64,000 bases of DNA from an uncultured Nitrospiraceae bacterium (GCA_963727805.1 CAVSHF010000003.1:512001-576000), one strand, 5' to 3'; numbered from the stretch's first letter, positions 42,962-53,224 are shown. Notes: generated by a model from the sequence alone, not told the origin. Numbers and translations: made by a program.

Positions 42962-44587
42962 ATGATTGAAGGTTTCAACAATGCTGCGTCCTGCTGGAAG
43001 ACTATTCTTGCCGATACGTCAGCGAACGGGGGGCTGCTTCCGATTATCGAAAAATTCGCACGCGAAAATGCTGCTCCTTCGTCCGTAGTATTCGGGACAT
43101 CGGGATGGCGTGGCGAGATAGGATCCGACTTTACCTTCAATAACCTGCGCATTGTGACGTCGGCAATTGTCGAGATTTTCAAAGAAGAAAATCCTACTGT
43201 CATGGAGGCGATCGGCATTCGAGGATATGAAGAAATAAAAAGACGCGGTGTTGTGGTGGGCCACGATAACCGCTTTCTCGGACCTCAATTCGCCTGGGAA
43301 GTGATCGGCATACTCCAGAGAGAAGGCATAAAAACATGGTATGCAGGAGAGGCCCCAACGCCAGAATTCTCCACAGGTATCGAGATGCTTGGCGCTGCCT
43401 GCGCAATTAATCTCACACCGTCACATAATCCAGCCAATTATGCCGGTTTTAAATTCAATCCCTCCGACGGGGGACCAGCAGGAACAGAAATTACTACGGA
43501 GATAGAGAAACATGCCAACCGGATGATGACGGCAGGGCTACAACTCGATCCTGTCTTGCCCAAAGACATCGAGCGTGTAGATTTGACGCCTCTCTATCTC
43601 AAGTTTATCAACAGCAGAAAAACGATTGATATCCTCAAGATAAGGGATTTTGTCGATAGCAACGACTGCTTCATCTGCATCGACAATGTTCACGGCTCTA
43701 CGCGGAATCGCATCCAGCGGATAATAGGGGAGAGCCCGAAAATCCTGTATCTCAGAACTGAAGATGATTATCTCTTCGGCGGGATTGCCCCCGAACCGAG
43801 CGAAAAGAACATGGCAGGGATCGAGTCCTCCTTGAGGGAGAGTAATGCGCGTTTTAAACTAGGGATCATCATGGACCCGGATGGCGACAGAATACGTTAT
43901 ACTGACGGAAAGATTCAAATCCCGATGAATTATTTCGGCGCCATGGCCCTTCACTTTCTTTATATCCATAAAGGATTTCGGGGAGTCGTGGCAAAGTCTG
44001 TCGGCACGAGCAATTTTGTCAATGCAATCGCTGAAAAATTGGGGATCCCTATTAAAGAGACGAAGGTCGGCTTTAAGAATTTTAGGCCCTATCTGCTGCA
44101 AAGCGCCCCTGAGAAGGCTATCGTCGCCTTTGAGGAATCTGATGGTATATCTGGATATAATCATACTCTCGAGAAGGATGCCCTCTTCGGTCTACTCCTG
44201 TCGATCGAAATGATGGCAGCAACAGGCATGAATCTCGGTGAATACCTGAAGGAACTCATGGATGCCTACGGATATTTTTACCCCGACCGCTCGGGCATCA
44301 ACGTTGACAAATCGCTGGTAGGTAAGCCGCTCATGGACAAATTAGCGGCGCTTGCAATGCAATACAAGGAAGGAAGCCGCATCGATATCGACGGGTGTGA
44401 CCGTACCATAATAAAGGTTATCTCCGTGGATGGGTTGAAGACTGTTTTTGATGATGGCTCCTGGCTCATGATCAGGCCCTCTGGCACTGAACCGAAGGTG
44501 CGTTTTTATATCGAGGCGAGGACAGAAGAGGAAAAAAAGGCTATTTTCGATACTGCAGAGCGGATCACTAAAGAGGCATTAAGCTAA
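42962..44587 (+). CDS. Phosphoglucomutase/phosphomannomutase
   Basis: FGTSGWRG, TPSHNP, DPDGDR, EESDG, RPSGTEP. Confidence 0.93.
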   Translation: MIEGFNNAASCWKTILADTSANGGLLPIIEKFARENAAPSSVVFGTSGWRGEIGSDFTFNNLRIVTSAIVEIFKEENPTVMEAIGIRGYEEIKRRGVVVGHDNRFLGPQFAWEVIGILQREGIKTWYAGEAPTPEFSTGIEMLGAACAINLTPSHNPANYAGFKFNPSDGGPAGTEITTEIEKHANRMMTAGLQLDPVLPKDIERVDLTPLYLKFINSRKTIDILKIRDFVDSNDCFICIDNVHGSTRNRIQRIIGESPKILYLRTEDDYLFGGIAPEPSEKNMAGIESSLRESNARFKLGIIMDPDGDRIRYTDGKIQIPMNYFGAMALHFLYIHKGFRGVVAKSVGTSNFVNAIAEKLGIPIKETKVGFKNFRPYLLQSAPEKAIVAFEESDGISGYNHTLEKDALFGLLLSIEMMAATGMNLGEYLKELMDAYGYFYPDRSGINVDKSLVGKPLMDKLAALAMQYKEGSRIDIDGCDRTIIKVISVDGLKTVFDDGSWLMIRPSGTEPKVRFYIEARTEEEKKAIFDTAERITKEALS

Positions 44588-44593
44588 CCCGTC

Positions 44594-45694
44594 ATGTCGA
44601 AGAATAAAGTGGGCCACATCTCAGTCCCTCTCCAGAGGGTGCACATCGAGCTTACCAATGTATGCGATTTTAACTGTCTCTTCTGTCCCAAGGCCGAGAT
44701 GAAACGACCATATGGCTATATGAAGGTGGATCTTGCAAAAAGACTCATTTCAGAGATAGGCGAAAAAGGAATCGCCGAAAAAGTGACGTTTCATGTGATG
44801 GGAGAGCCAACACTCCACCCGGATTTCTTCAGTATCCTCGACCACGCCTGCAAAGAAGCAGTAAAGGTGGGTCTTACCACCAACGGCAGCAGACTCGGTG
44901 GTGAAACCGGTCAAAGACTGCTCGATTACGACCTCCACCAGATCGATATTTCCCTTCAGACACCCGATGAAAGGTCCTTTGTTCTCAGAAAAGCTGGCAC
45001 ACTCTCCTTTGAACGATATCTTAAGGGCATATTCGATTTCTTTGGCGCCTACCATAAAGGGCATAACAATACGATTTTTAAGTTCCGTTTTCTGAATACG
45101 AGGTTCCCCAACAAATCGATGGAAGATAGAATCGGTCCTATCCGTGTTATGTCTTCTACTGCGGAGTTGCGGGACACCTTTCGATACTGGGCTGCCCGTA
45201 TCTACGATATGCTTCCAGTCGACCATGAGAAAAAAAGGTTAGCTTTGAAACGCATTGATAGTCTCGTTGCATACAAGTGGAATGTGGTGGAAGTCTATCC
45301 GAATGTATTTTTTGAAACTTATGTCCTTAGCGATTGGGGGCACGCCTTTGGCGATGATGCCATTCACGAGGCCTGGGGAGGCTGCTGCTTCGGGATGCAA
45401 GACCATTTTGCGGTGCTTTATAATGGAGATGTCATTCTTTGCTGTGTCGATTACGACGGGAATACGAAGGTCGGAAATATCAGCGATTCTTCTCTTACTG
45501 AGATTCTGTCCTCTGACCGGGTAGGAGAGATCGTAAGAGGTTTTAGGAAAATGCAGCTCGTCCATCCTTACTGCAAGAGATGTCTTGGAAGTAAATCCCG
45601 CATATCATGGCTATTTAAACCGCTAGTATCGGCAGTCGGGATAAAATTATTGAAGCCGGTCTTTTATAAAAACACGAGACTATTCGACAAATGA
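44594..45694 (+). CDS. Radical SAM protein with C-terminal SPASM/twitch-like domain
   Basis: CDFNCLFC, GEPTLH, GDVILCCVD...CKRC. Confidence 0.85.
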   Translation: MSKNKVGHISVPLQRVHIELTNVCDFNCLFCPKAEMKRPYGYMKVDLAKRLISEIGEKGIAEKVTFHVMGEPTLHPDFFSILDHACKEAVKVGLTTNGSRLGGETGQRLLDYDLHQIDISLQTPDERSFVLRKAGTLSFERYLKGIFDFFGAYHKGHNNTIFKFRFLNTRFPNKSMEDRIGPIRVMSSTAELRDTFRYWAARIYDMLPVDHEKKRLALKRIDSLVAYKWNVVEVYPNVFFETYVLSDWGHAFGDDAIHEAWGGCCFGMQDHFAVLYNGDVILCCVDYDGNTKVGNISDSSLTEILSSDRVGEIVRGFRKMQLVHPYCKRCLGSKSRISWLFKPLVSAVGIKLLKPVFYKNTRLFDK

Positions 45695-45704
45695 TTTTCG
45701 GAAA

Positions 45705-46298
45705 TCAGATCTCCCGTCTTCCTTCAAGGGCCTTAGTGAGCGTCACCTCATCGGCGAACTCGATATCGCTTCCGATGGGCAGGCCATAAGCAATCCGCGA
45801 TATTCTGATACCGAATGGTTTGAGCACCTCGGTCAAGTAGCGCGCTGTCACCTCGCCTTTGGTATTCGGGTTTGTCGCCAGTATGACTTCCTGAATGTCA
45901 CCCTGCTTTACCCTTTCTACAAGCTCATTTATCTTCAATCTGTCGGGAGTTATTCCGTCGATCGGAGAGAGTGCCCCGAGTAGCGCGTGATAGGTGCCAT
46001 TGAAGCTTCTTGTCCTCTCGATAGCGAGTATGTTGCTCGGCTCTTCTACTACACAAACACGACTTTTGTCTCTAGATGGAGAACTACATATCTCGCAGGG
46101 GTCGGTATCGGTTATAGTGAAACAGATCGAGCAGAAAAGGGCTTTTTCCTTGACATCGGTTATCGCAGCTGCCATCGCCTTTGCTTCTTCCCCAGACATG
46201 TTCAGAATAAAAAATGCGAGTCGCTGGGCAGTTTTTCTGCCGATACCCGGCAATTTGGTCAGCTGATTTACGAGATTATCTATTATCCCCTGAGTCAT
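45705..46298 (-). CDS. recR: Recombination mediator RecR
   Basis: LPGIGRKTAQRLAF, CxxC...CxxC, RIAYGLPIG; ATG 46298 preferred. Confidence 0.96.
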   Translation of the reverse strand: MTQGIIDNLVNQLTKLPGIGRKTAQRLAFFILNMSGEEAKAMAAAITDVKEKALFCSICFTITDTDPCEICSSPSRDKSRVCVVEEPSNILAIERTRSFNGTYHALLGALSPIDGITPDRLKINELVERVKQGDIQEVILATNPNTKGEVTARYLTEVLKPFGIRISRIAYGLPIGSDIEFADEVTLTKALEGRREI

Positions 46299-46311
46299 AT
46301 CCGGAACTCTA

Positions 46312-46653
46312 TTACTTGCCGAGAATATTGCCCAATCCGCCCAGGCCGGGGATATTAAGCCCCATGGTGAGTTTTGACATCTCTTCATTCACCATCTGCT
46401 GCGCCCTTCTTAGCGCTTCATTCGAAGCGGCAAGAATCAGGTCCTGCAGCATCTCGATATCGTCGGGGTTGACTACATCCTTTTCTATCTTGATTGAAAC
46501 GAGTTCGCCTCCTCCGTTTGCCACGATAGTGACCATACCACCGCCAGCCGAGGCCTCGACCTTCTTCTGCTTTGCTTCCTCCTGAGTTTTCTGCATCTCG
46601 GCCTGGAGCTTCTGGGCCTGGCGCATCATATCACCGAGCATCTTCTTGGACAT
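46312..46653 (-). CDS. ybaB: YbaB/EbfC nucleoid-associated protein
   Basis: MMRQAQKLQ, AGGGMV, DIEMLQDLI; dnaX-recR synteny. Confidence 0.95.
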   Translation of the reverse strand: MSKKMLGDMMRQAQKLQAEMQKTQEEAKQKKVEASAGGGMVTIVANGGGELVSIKIEKDVVNPDDIEMLQDLILAASNEALRRAQQMVNEEMSKLTMGLNIPGLGGLGNILGK

Positions 46654-46667
46654 ATGCTCCTCCTTTT

Positions 46668-48377
46668 TTATGAGTTTTTGTCTTTATCGTTAATCGGAGA
46701 GATATCCATAATTCTTCCATCGAATAATTCGAGTGCCTCCCTGACAACAGGATTGTTCAGCGCCTTTTCCTTTAAATCTGTCTTGCTCAAAGATTTCATT
46801 TCTTTAGTTTCGATATGGATAGGTATCGACTTTCCCGTAAGATTCTTAACCGACTCTTTCAGAAAGGTTATATTTTCCTTAACGGACTCGGCAAGCACGG
46901 ATACCCCACCATTGAAAAGTATCGTTATCCCTTCGTTCGATACGGAGATGTTGCCCTCACGCAGCTTGCTTGCGAGGGGAGCATTCGCCTTCTCGATTTT
47001 CTCAAGAACGGCATTCCACATGTCAGTATCAGGCAGCATAAGTGGTTCAGCAGGTGCTTGCGGGATACTTTGAGTTTTCTGTATCTTTTTTGGCACTTTT
47101 AGGGGTTCTGCAGGGGTTGCATCCTTTGGGGGGTCGTCATTATGTGTGACCTCAGGGGTCTGCCTTATTTTAGCTTCTTTCACCGGGGATGATTTCAACA
47201 ATGCGGTTCGGGATGCAGATATTTCTTTACCTGGCATCGTCGTCGGATCAGATGATTTAAACATCTTAATCGCTTCGTCGACGGTAACAAAATGACTCAT
47301 CATGCCAAGTCGCAGGAGCGTCATTTCAAGGGCTATTCTCGGAAAAAGGGCCGATCTGATCGAGGGTTCAGCCTTAATCAATTCACTCAGCAGCAGTGCC
47401 AGGTGTTCTTCATTTGTCACTCCGGCGAGAGAATGAATCAATTTTACTTCTTCCTCGCTCAAGTCCATAATACCTTCAGTATCGCCTACAATTTTCGCTA
47501 TCAGAAGGTCTCTCATGAACTGCAAGTAGTCCTTGGTAAAAGTCTTAAGGTCAGTTCCGGCCATGGTGAGATCAGCAATTATACCTACGATGCTTTTTCT
47601 ATCCCCTTCTATCACTGCTGCTGCGAGTCTCGAAAGTGTTTCTACGTCCGTAAAGCCGAGAAGATCCTTTACATCTTCAGCCGTTATATCCTCGGAAAAT
47701 GAAGCAATCTGGTCAAGGAGAGTCAACGCGTCCCTCATACTCCCGTCGGCCGCCCGAGCCACCATTTCAAGAGCCGTGTCAGCGATCTTCAATTGCTCTT
47801 GTTTGGCGATATGTTTAAGCCTTTCTTTAATTTTTTGAGTCGAAATCCTCCGGAAGGGCAGATGCTGGCAGCGAGAAAGCACGGTTGCGGGTATCTTCTT
47901 CGGGTCCGTTGTGGCAAGAACAAAGATCACGTGCGGGGGGGGCTCTTCAAGGGTCTTCAAGAGGGCATTGAAGGCCGCGGTCGAGAGCATATGTGCCTCA
48001 TCGATGATATAAACCTTATGTCCCCCTCCATAGGAGGCATACCGCACTCTCTCTCTGAGGTCCCTGATATTGTCAACGCCCGTATTGGAAGCTCCGTCGA
48101 TTTCAGTTACGTCCATTGAGGAACCATCAGTAATCGCCACGCAAGATGGACATTTCCCGCAAGGTTCGGCTGTCAGACCCTGATCGCAGTTCAATGCCTT
48201 TGCAAGTATCCGCGCGGTGGAGGTCTTCCCTACACCTCTCGGCCCCGAAAAAATATAGGCGTGGGGGACTTTATTATGCAGAATAGCGTTTTTCAGGATG
48301 CCGGCAATAGGCCCTTGGCCGGTCAGTTCATCAAAGGTTGTCGGTCTCCATTTTCTTGCAAGTACCAGATAGGACAT
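46668..48377 (-). CDS. dnaX: DNA polymerase III subunit gamma/tau
   Basis: LARKWRP, GPRGVGKT, IDEAHML, LLKTLEEPP, SRC. Confidence 0.97.
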   Translation of the reverse strand: MSYLVLARKWRPTTFDELTGQGPIAGILKNAILHNKVPHAYIFSGPRGVGKTSTARILAKALNCDQGLTAEPCGKCPSCVAITDGSSMDVTEIDGASNTGVDNIRDLRERVRYASYGGGHKVYIIDEAHMLSTAAFNALLKTLEEPPPHVIFVLATTDPKKIPATVLSRCQHLPFRRISTQKIKERLKHIAKQEQLKIADTALEMVARAADGSMRDALTLLDQIASFSEDITAEDVKDLLGFTDVETLSRLAAAVIEGDRKSIVGIIADLTMAGTDLKTFTKDYLQFMRDLLIAKIVGDTEGIMDLSEEEVKLIHSLAGVTNEEHLALLLSELIKAEPSIRSALFPRIALEMTLLRLGMMSHFVTVDEAIKMFKSSDPTTMPGKEISASRTALLKSSPVKEAKIRQTPEVTHNDDPPKDATPAEPLKVPKKIQKTQSIPQAPAEPLMLPDTDMWNAVLEKIEKANAPLASKLREGNISVSNEGITILFNGGVSVLAESVKENITFLKESVKNLTGKSIPIHIETKEMKSLSKTDLKEKALNNPVVREALELFDGRIMDISPINDKDKNS

Positions 48378-48470
48378 AAAAGCATCACCTGTATAAACCC
48401 GTTAATAAAAAGTTTTTCTATACTCAGGGACCGGCGCTCCGAAAACACTGTCATGCTGCCGTAATAATAT

Positions 48471-48567
48471 GGAGCCGGCTTGCTGCGGCACCCAGACAAA
48501 ACGTTTACCGCTGCTTCCTTCCGGACCTGACGGGATTCACATCCGCCTGCTGCGCAGGGCCGGCCCC
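48471..48567 (-). ncRNA. ffs: Signal recognition particle RNA (small type)
   Basis: Domain IV TCAGGTCCGGAAGGAAGCAGC within terminal stem GGGGCCGGC...GCCGGCTCC; upstream of dnaX. Confidence 0.95.
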
Positions 48568-48588
48568 TGATTATAGAAAACCTTTTCA

Positions 48589-48680
48589 TGGCGGAGAGGG
48601 AGGGGGTCGAACCCTCGGTGAGGTGTTAGCCCCACACACGATTTCCAGTCGTGCACCTTCGGCCTCTCGGTCACCTCTCC
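48589..48680 (-). tRNA. tRNA-Ser(GGA)
   Basis: Acceptor GGAGAGG/CCTCTCC-GCCA, anticodon arm CACGA-CTGGAAA-TCGTG, long variable arm, GGTTCGA T-loop. Confidence 0.96.
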
Positions 48681-48912
48681 TCAAAAATAATACTTTTTAG
48701 GTTAATGCATCAAGCGGGCCAAAAGCAACTTGACTTCCTCTCAAAGACCAATTCGGCAGCAATACATTTTTTCAACGACAAAGTAAAAAAAACGTCAATG
48801 GCCGAAACGATCTTGAATAAACGGCAAATTTTGAGTTAATATTTCATTAAATAGTCTTACGCAAAATATAATAAAATGTAAGATCTAAAAAGAGGCTTCA
48901 GGGAGGGGGAAA

Positions 48913-49290
48913 ATGGCTGTAGGGTTATCGGATCAATTGGAAACGCTCCTGCGGCAGGCCCAAGAATCGATTGCGGGTCTTGAGGCTACTGCATTAGTAT
49001 CCATGGATGGGCTAATCATTGTTAGCGCTCTGCCGCCTGACATCGAGGAAGACCGTATCGCTGCGATGACGGCTGCAATACTCGGTCTGGGTGAGAAAAC
49101 CGCCTACGACCTCGGGCGTGGCATGCTGGAACAGATTTACATAAAGGGTCCTAACGGATCCATCCTGATTTTGGCAGCAGGAGACAACGCTGTGCTGACG
49201 GCTATTGCTGGTCCCGAAACGAAACTGGGACTTTTACTTCTCCATCTTGGCAAGACTGTTGAACAAATCGGGGATTTGCTTCAAAAATAA
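48913..49290 (+). CDS. Roadblock/LC7 (MglB-like) protein
   Basis: ALVSMDGLII, RIAAMTAAILGLGE, KLGLL; GGAGG SD. Confidence 0.88.
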   Translation: MAVGLSDQLETLLRQAQESIAGLEATALVSMDGLIIVSALPPDIEEDRIAAMTAAILGLGEKTAYDLGRGMLEQIYIKGPNGSILILAAGDNAVLTAIAGPETKLGLLLLHLGKTVEQIGDLLQK

Positions 49291-49534
49291 CCTTTCGGGA
49301 CCGTACAAGAGATTTTTTTCATCGTCATTCGGCTGGCCATAATTTTACCGTCTTCGCAGCATGCTCTGTTGCTTACCCTACCAGGAATCCTGTTTTAAAG
49401 AAAGTAAGCAATTCACCGAATAACACGTATTTGCCTTTAATCCTCCTTAGTCCAGCTGGACAGTGCCACCTCAATTGCCGCACACGATTGAGAGAGAGGT
49501 TTTCATCATCCCCTCATTCCTGTTATAGTTAGGA

Positions 49535-51565
49535 ATGAAGGGCCACTTCCTTATAATTGGAATACTTCTTTTTATAGTTTCTATTCTTATTTCTCTGAAT
49601 ATTTTTTTCCAGCAGTCGCTGCAGATGGAGATCGCCCAGGAGTTCAGCAAGCAACAGCAGCTTATTGCCCAATTGATTGCGAGCAACATCGCAGATTTCA
49701 CCCGATTAAGAAAGGAACGGGTTCTCTATTCAGCCCAACTTCTCTCTGGAATCGATGCCGGTAGCAAAGCTGATATGGACCGGCTTGCACGCGAGATATT
49801 GAAAAGCAGGCACAATGTGACAGCAAATTTCGGGATACTGAATGCCAAGGGAGAAGTCGTCTATTTTGAAGGGGCCAAGGATTCACTCAGCAGTCTTTCT
49901 CCCGAGATTATCAACAAGGCATTAGTATTGCCTGAGGGGCAAGTCGGTCTCGTGGAACTTCCTACCATGCTCTATTTCATGGCTGCGGTGCCAAGAAAGA
50001 AAGGTGATTCCGCCGCCGTTTTTCTCTCCATAGACGTGGAAGAGATCACATCACGGTTTACAAGCAAGCTCGACATTGTTGATAAGGGGAATATCTGGAT
50101 CATGGATCAACGCGGCACGCTCCTTTACCACGCGGTTCAGCCGGCTATGGTCGGTAACAACATCTACAAGGCCGATGCACCCTGTTTGAAATGTCATCAG
50201 TCCTTCGATATAGAGAAGCGAATAATTGAATCGGCCACTGTCAGGACCGGTAAGTATGTCGGCCCTTCCGGGGAAGAAAAGATTCTTTCCTTCGCACGTA
50301 CTGGCGACGATCTCTCGTGGATCGTCTTCGTCTCATCACCCTTCTCTGACATCACTCACATGACAAAGCAGAGTATGAGGTTTTATTCATTTCTGATAAT
50401 GTCGATACTTGCCACGACCATCATCGTTTCGACTGCCCTCATCGCTTTCAACAAGAAGAGGATTCAGGCTTCAGAGATATCGAAACGTCAGCACGAAATG
50501 GAACAACATGCTGCCAAGCTTGAGGAAAAGGTGGAAGAACGAACGGCTGAACTGCTTGCTGAAAAAGAAAAATTAAATAGCATCGTCAGCGCCATCGGAT
50601 CAGGCATTCTTCTTCTCGATAAACATGGCGTGGTGCAGTGGGCAAATCAAATGGCTGAATCTATGGCAGATATGGAACTCGTCGGCAGGTCCTGCGAAGA
50701 ACTCTGCGCCGAGTGTGAGGTTTCAAGCAGTTACTCCAGTGACAATATCGAAACAGTCATCGCATCCAAACTCTTCGGACAGCAGGGAAAATTCTATCAG
50801 GTAACCACGGCTCCAATAAAGGGTCTCGATGGACCGGTAAGCGGGTACATACGGCTCATTCATGATGTAACAGAGATTAAAAAGATGGAAGAACAGATGA
50901 GTAATTCCGAAAAACTCGCTTCTATCGGCCGCCTTGCAGCAGGGATAGCTCATGAGATCGGCAACCCGCTTACATCGGTCTTTTCTTTTGTCCAGATATT
51001 GCTGGAGATGGAACAGGACGAATTCAAGAAAGATAGTCTCCAGACGATTTATTTCCATATCAACAGGATTTCGGAGACGTTAAAACAGCTTTCGGGCTTC
51101 TCGAAGATGCCTACAGCGGAGCCAAGAGAATGCCAAATTAATGAGATTATCGAAGCATCGATTAATCTCATACAGTATGATAAGCGCGCGAGGGACATTA
51201 TCATCAATAAAGAGCTTTCACCATCTCTGCCTTCTGCGGTGGTTGATGCGAACCAGCTCTCTCAGGTCTTTGTGAATCTTATCCTGAATGCCATCGACTC
51301 CATGTCCGCAGGCGGTTCACTAACGTTGCGAAGTTATGCGACTAACCATGCGGTTATCATTCAGTTTGAGGACACGGGAATCGGGATACCCAAGGACAGG
51401 CAGCTAAAAATATTCGACCCTTTCTATACCACCAAGGAGAAAGGCACCGGATTGGGCTTGGCGGTGAGTTATAATATAATCAAGAAAATGAACGCCACCA
51501 TTTCGGTTGAGAGCGAAGTAGGAAAAGGCACGAAGTTTACCATTACTATTCCGGTTAAAATTTGA
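49535..51565 (+). CDS. Membrane sensor histidine kinase: periplasmic Cache-like domain with CxxCH, PAS, HisKA, HATPase
   Basis: Two TMs, CLKCH between them, AHEIGNP, NLILNA, DTGIG, GTGLGL. Confidence 0.92.
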   Translation: MKGHFLIIGILLFIVSILISLNIFFQQSLQMEIAQEFSKQQQLIAQLIASNIADFTRLRKERVLYSAQLLSGIDAGSKADMDRLAREILKSRHNVTANFGILNAKGEVVYFEGAKDSLSSLSPEIINKALVLPEGQVGLVELPTMLYFMAAVPRKKGDSAAVFLSIDVEEITSRFTSKLDIVDKGNIWIMDQRGTLLYHAVQPAMVGNNIYKADAPCLKCHQSFDIEKRIIESATVRTGKYVGPSGEEKILSFARTGDDLSWIVFVSSPFSDITHMTKQSMRFYSFLIMSILATTIIVSTALIAFNKKRIQASEISKRQHEMEQHAAKLEEKVEERTAELLAEKEKLNSIVSAIGSGILLLDKHGVVQWANQMAESMADMELVGRSCEELCAECEVSSSYSSDNIETVIASKLFGQQGKFYQVTTAPIKGLDGPVSGYIRLIHDVTEIKKMEEQMSNSEKLASIGRLAAGIAHEIGNPLTSVFSFVQILLEMEQDEFKKDSLQTIYFHINRISETLKQLSGFSKMPTAEPRECQINEIIEASINLIQYDKRARDIIINKELSPSLPSAVVDANQLSQVFVNLILNAIDSMSAGGSLTLRSYATNHAVIIQFEDTGIGIPKDRQLKIFDPFYTTKEKGTGLGLAVSYNIIKKMNATISVESEVGKGTKFTITIPVKI

Positions 51566-51574
51566 GGGCACCTA

Positions 51575-52936
51575 ATGAAGCCAAAGATATTGATCGTCGA
51601 CGATGAAGCTGATATATGCAAGGCCCTGCGATTTCTGCTTGAGCGGGAGGAATATGCGGTAACGTGCAAATACAGTGGGGAAGAGGCCGTCGCAGCCCTC
51701 TGCAGAGACTGCTTTGATGTAGTCCTTACAGACCTGAAGATGGGGAGAGTGGACGGCATGGCAGTCCTTGAAAAGGTGAAGGAAATAAGCCCGGACACGC
51801 CGGTGGTCATCATGACTGCCTTTGGTTCAATCGAATCAGCCGTCGAGGCGATGAAACACGGCGCTATCGATTATATCGTCAAACCATTCCTTAACGAAGA
51901 AATAAAAATTACTCTTCGCAGGATAATAGAACAGAAGAGAATCATTCGCCGGATCATGAAGGAAAACATAGCACTTAAACAACAGATAAGCCAGCGCATG
52001 GCCTGTCGTGACTTCGTGGCTAACTCCGATGCCATGATCCGTATCGTCGAGACCCTCGAAAAAGTTATCCCGACGAAGAGCAATATCCTCATCTTGGGCG
52101 ATAGCGGGACCGGGAAAGGACTGCTGGCTGAACTTGTTCACTGCAATAGTCCGCGGAGGGACAAACCCTTTATTACAATTAATTGTTCAGCCATACCTGA
52201 AGGTCTGCTGGAATCGGAGCTATTCGGCTATAAGAAAGGGGCTTTTACCGGTGCCGTAGCGGACAAACTTGGACTCATTGCGTTGGCTCATCAAGGCACG
52301 CTCTTCCTTGACGAAATCGGCGATATGCCGATAAGCCTTCAGGCGAAGCTGCTGAACGTCATCGAAACATCGGAAGTATATCCTCTTGGTGAGACTAAGC
52401 CGAGGCTTGTTGACATAAGGGTCATTGCCGCAACAAACGTGGACATTGAAAACAGGATCAAGGCGGGAAAATTCCGCGAGGATTTGTACTGGAGATTGAA
52501 CGTTATCGAGATAAAGATCCCGCCCTTGCGGGAGAGAAAAGAAGATATTGAAATGCTCACGAACCATTTTATCACTAAGCTGGCGCAAGAGCACGACAAG
52601 CAAATCAAAGGGATCGAACGAGACGCTCTCGCCCTGCTCATCGACTATTCATGGCCGGGTAATGTGAGGGAACTCAAGAACACTATTGAGCGCTCTATCG
52701 TTCTTGCGGAGGGGCCGAGCCTGACCGTAGAAGACCTTCCTGAAAAATTGAGAAAGGAACAGAATGGGAAAGACCTCCCTCCTCTGAAGGCTTATCTTGG
52801 CGATTACGAAAAAAACGTTCTGTTCCAGACTTACAATACCCATAATAAAAATAAAGAGGAGACCGCAAGGGCACTCGGCATCGACCTCGCCACTCTCTAT
52901 CGGAAATTCAAGAAGTACGGAATCGAATCTGAATGA
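51575..52936 (+). CDS. Sigma-54-dependent response regulator (NtrC family)
   Basis: Receiver (VDDE, TDLKM), GDSGTGK, GAFTGA, WPGNVREL, Fis-type HTH. Confidence 0.96.
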   Translation: MKPKILIVDDEADICKALRFLLEREEYAVTCKYSGEEAVAALCRDCFDVVLTDLKMGRVDGMAVLEKVKEISPDTPVVIMTAFGSIESAVEAMKHGAIDYIVKPFLNEEIKITLRRIIEQKRIIRRIMKENIALKQQISQRMACRDFVANSDAMIRIVETLEKVIPTKSNILILGDSGTGKGLLAELVHCNSPRRDKPFITINCSAIPEGLLESELFGYKKGAFTGAVADKLGLIALAHQGTLFLDEIGDMPISLQAKLLNVIETSEVYPLGETKPRLVDIRVIAATNVDIENRIKAGKFREDLYWRLNVIEIKIPPLRERKEDIEMLTNHFITKLAQEHDKQIKGIERDALALLIDYSWPGNVRELKNTIERSIVLAEGPSLTVEDLPEKLRKEQNGKDLPPLKAYLGDYEKNVLFQTYNTHNKNKEETARALGIDLATLYRKFKKYGIESE

Positions 52937-53202
52937 AAAGTAGGATTTTCCGTATTGGCGCCATACTAGGTGGTCTACTTGGGATTCTAATCGCCATCGG
53001 AATGGATTATGTCTCGGGGGATGTGCCGGGAGGCGGATGGACCGGGGCTGTAGCCCACGACTTGTCACTGTCTACGGATAGTCCTGCTGCCATCATTGTC
53101 GCTATTGTTTCCATAGGGATTATGGTGCTTATCAGTGCCGTGTTGGGTGGTATTTGTGGACTCATGCTCGATCGCTTCTTCAAGATTTTCACACAGGAAT
53201 AG
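52933..53202 (+). CDS. Small Gly-rich two-TM membrane protein
   Basis: ATGA overlap with regulator stop; two hydrophobic segments; terminator follows. Confidence 0.7.
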   Translation: MKSRIFRIGAILGGLLGILIAIGMDYVSGDVPGGGWTGAVAHDLSLSTDSPAAIIVAIVSIGIMVLISAVLGGICGLMLDRFFKIFTQE

Positions 53203-53224
53203 TCTCTACCCTATTCAAGAAACA

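Noticed and set aside
48589..48680. tRNA-Ser as island integration site
   Set aside because: Its 3' end is followed directly by ffs and dnaX; no integrase or duplicated tRNA end seen.
49290..49450. Strong minus-strand SD (TAAGGAGG) in an intergenic gap
   Set aside because: No properly spaced ATG and only short frames without similarity.
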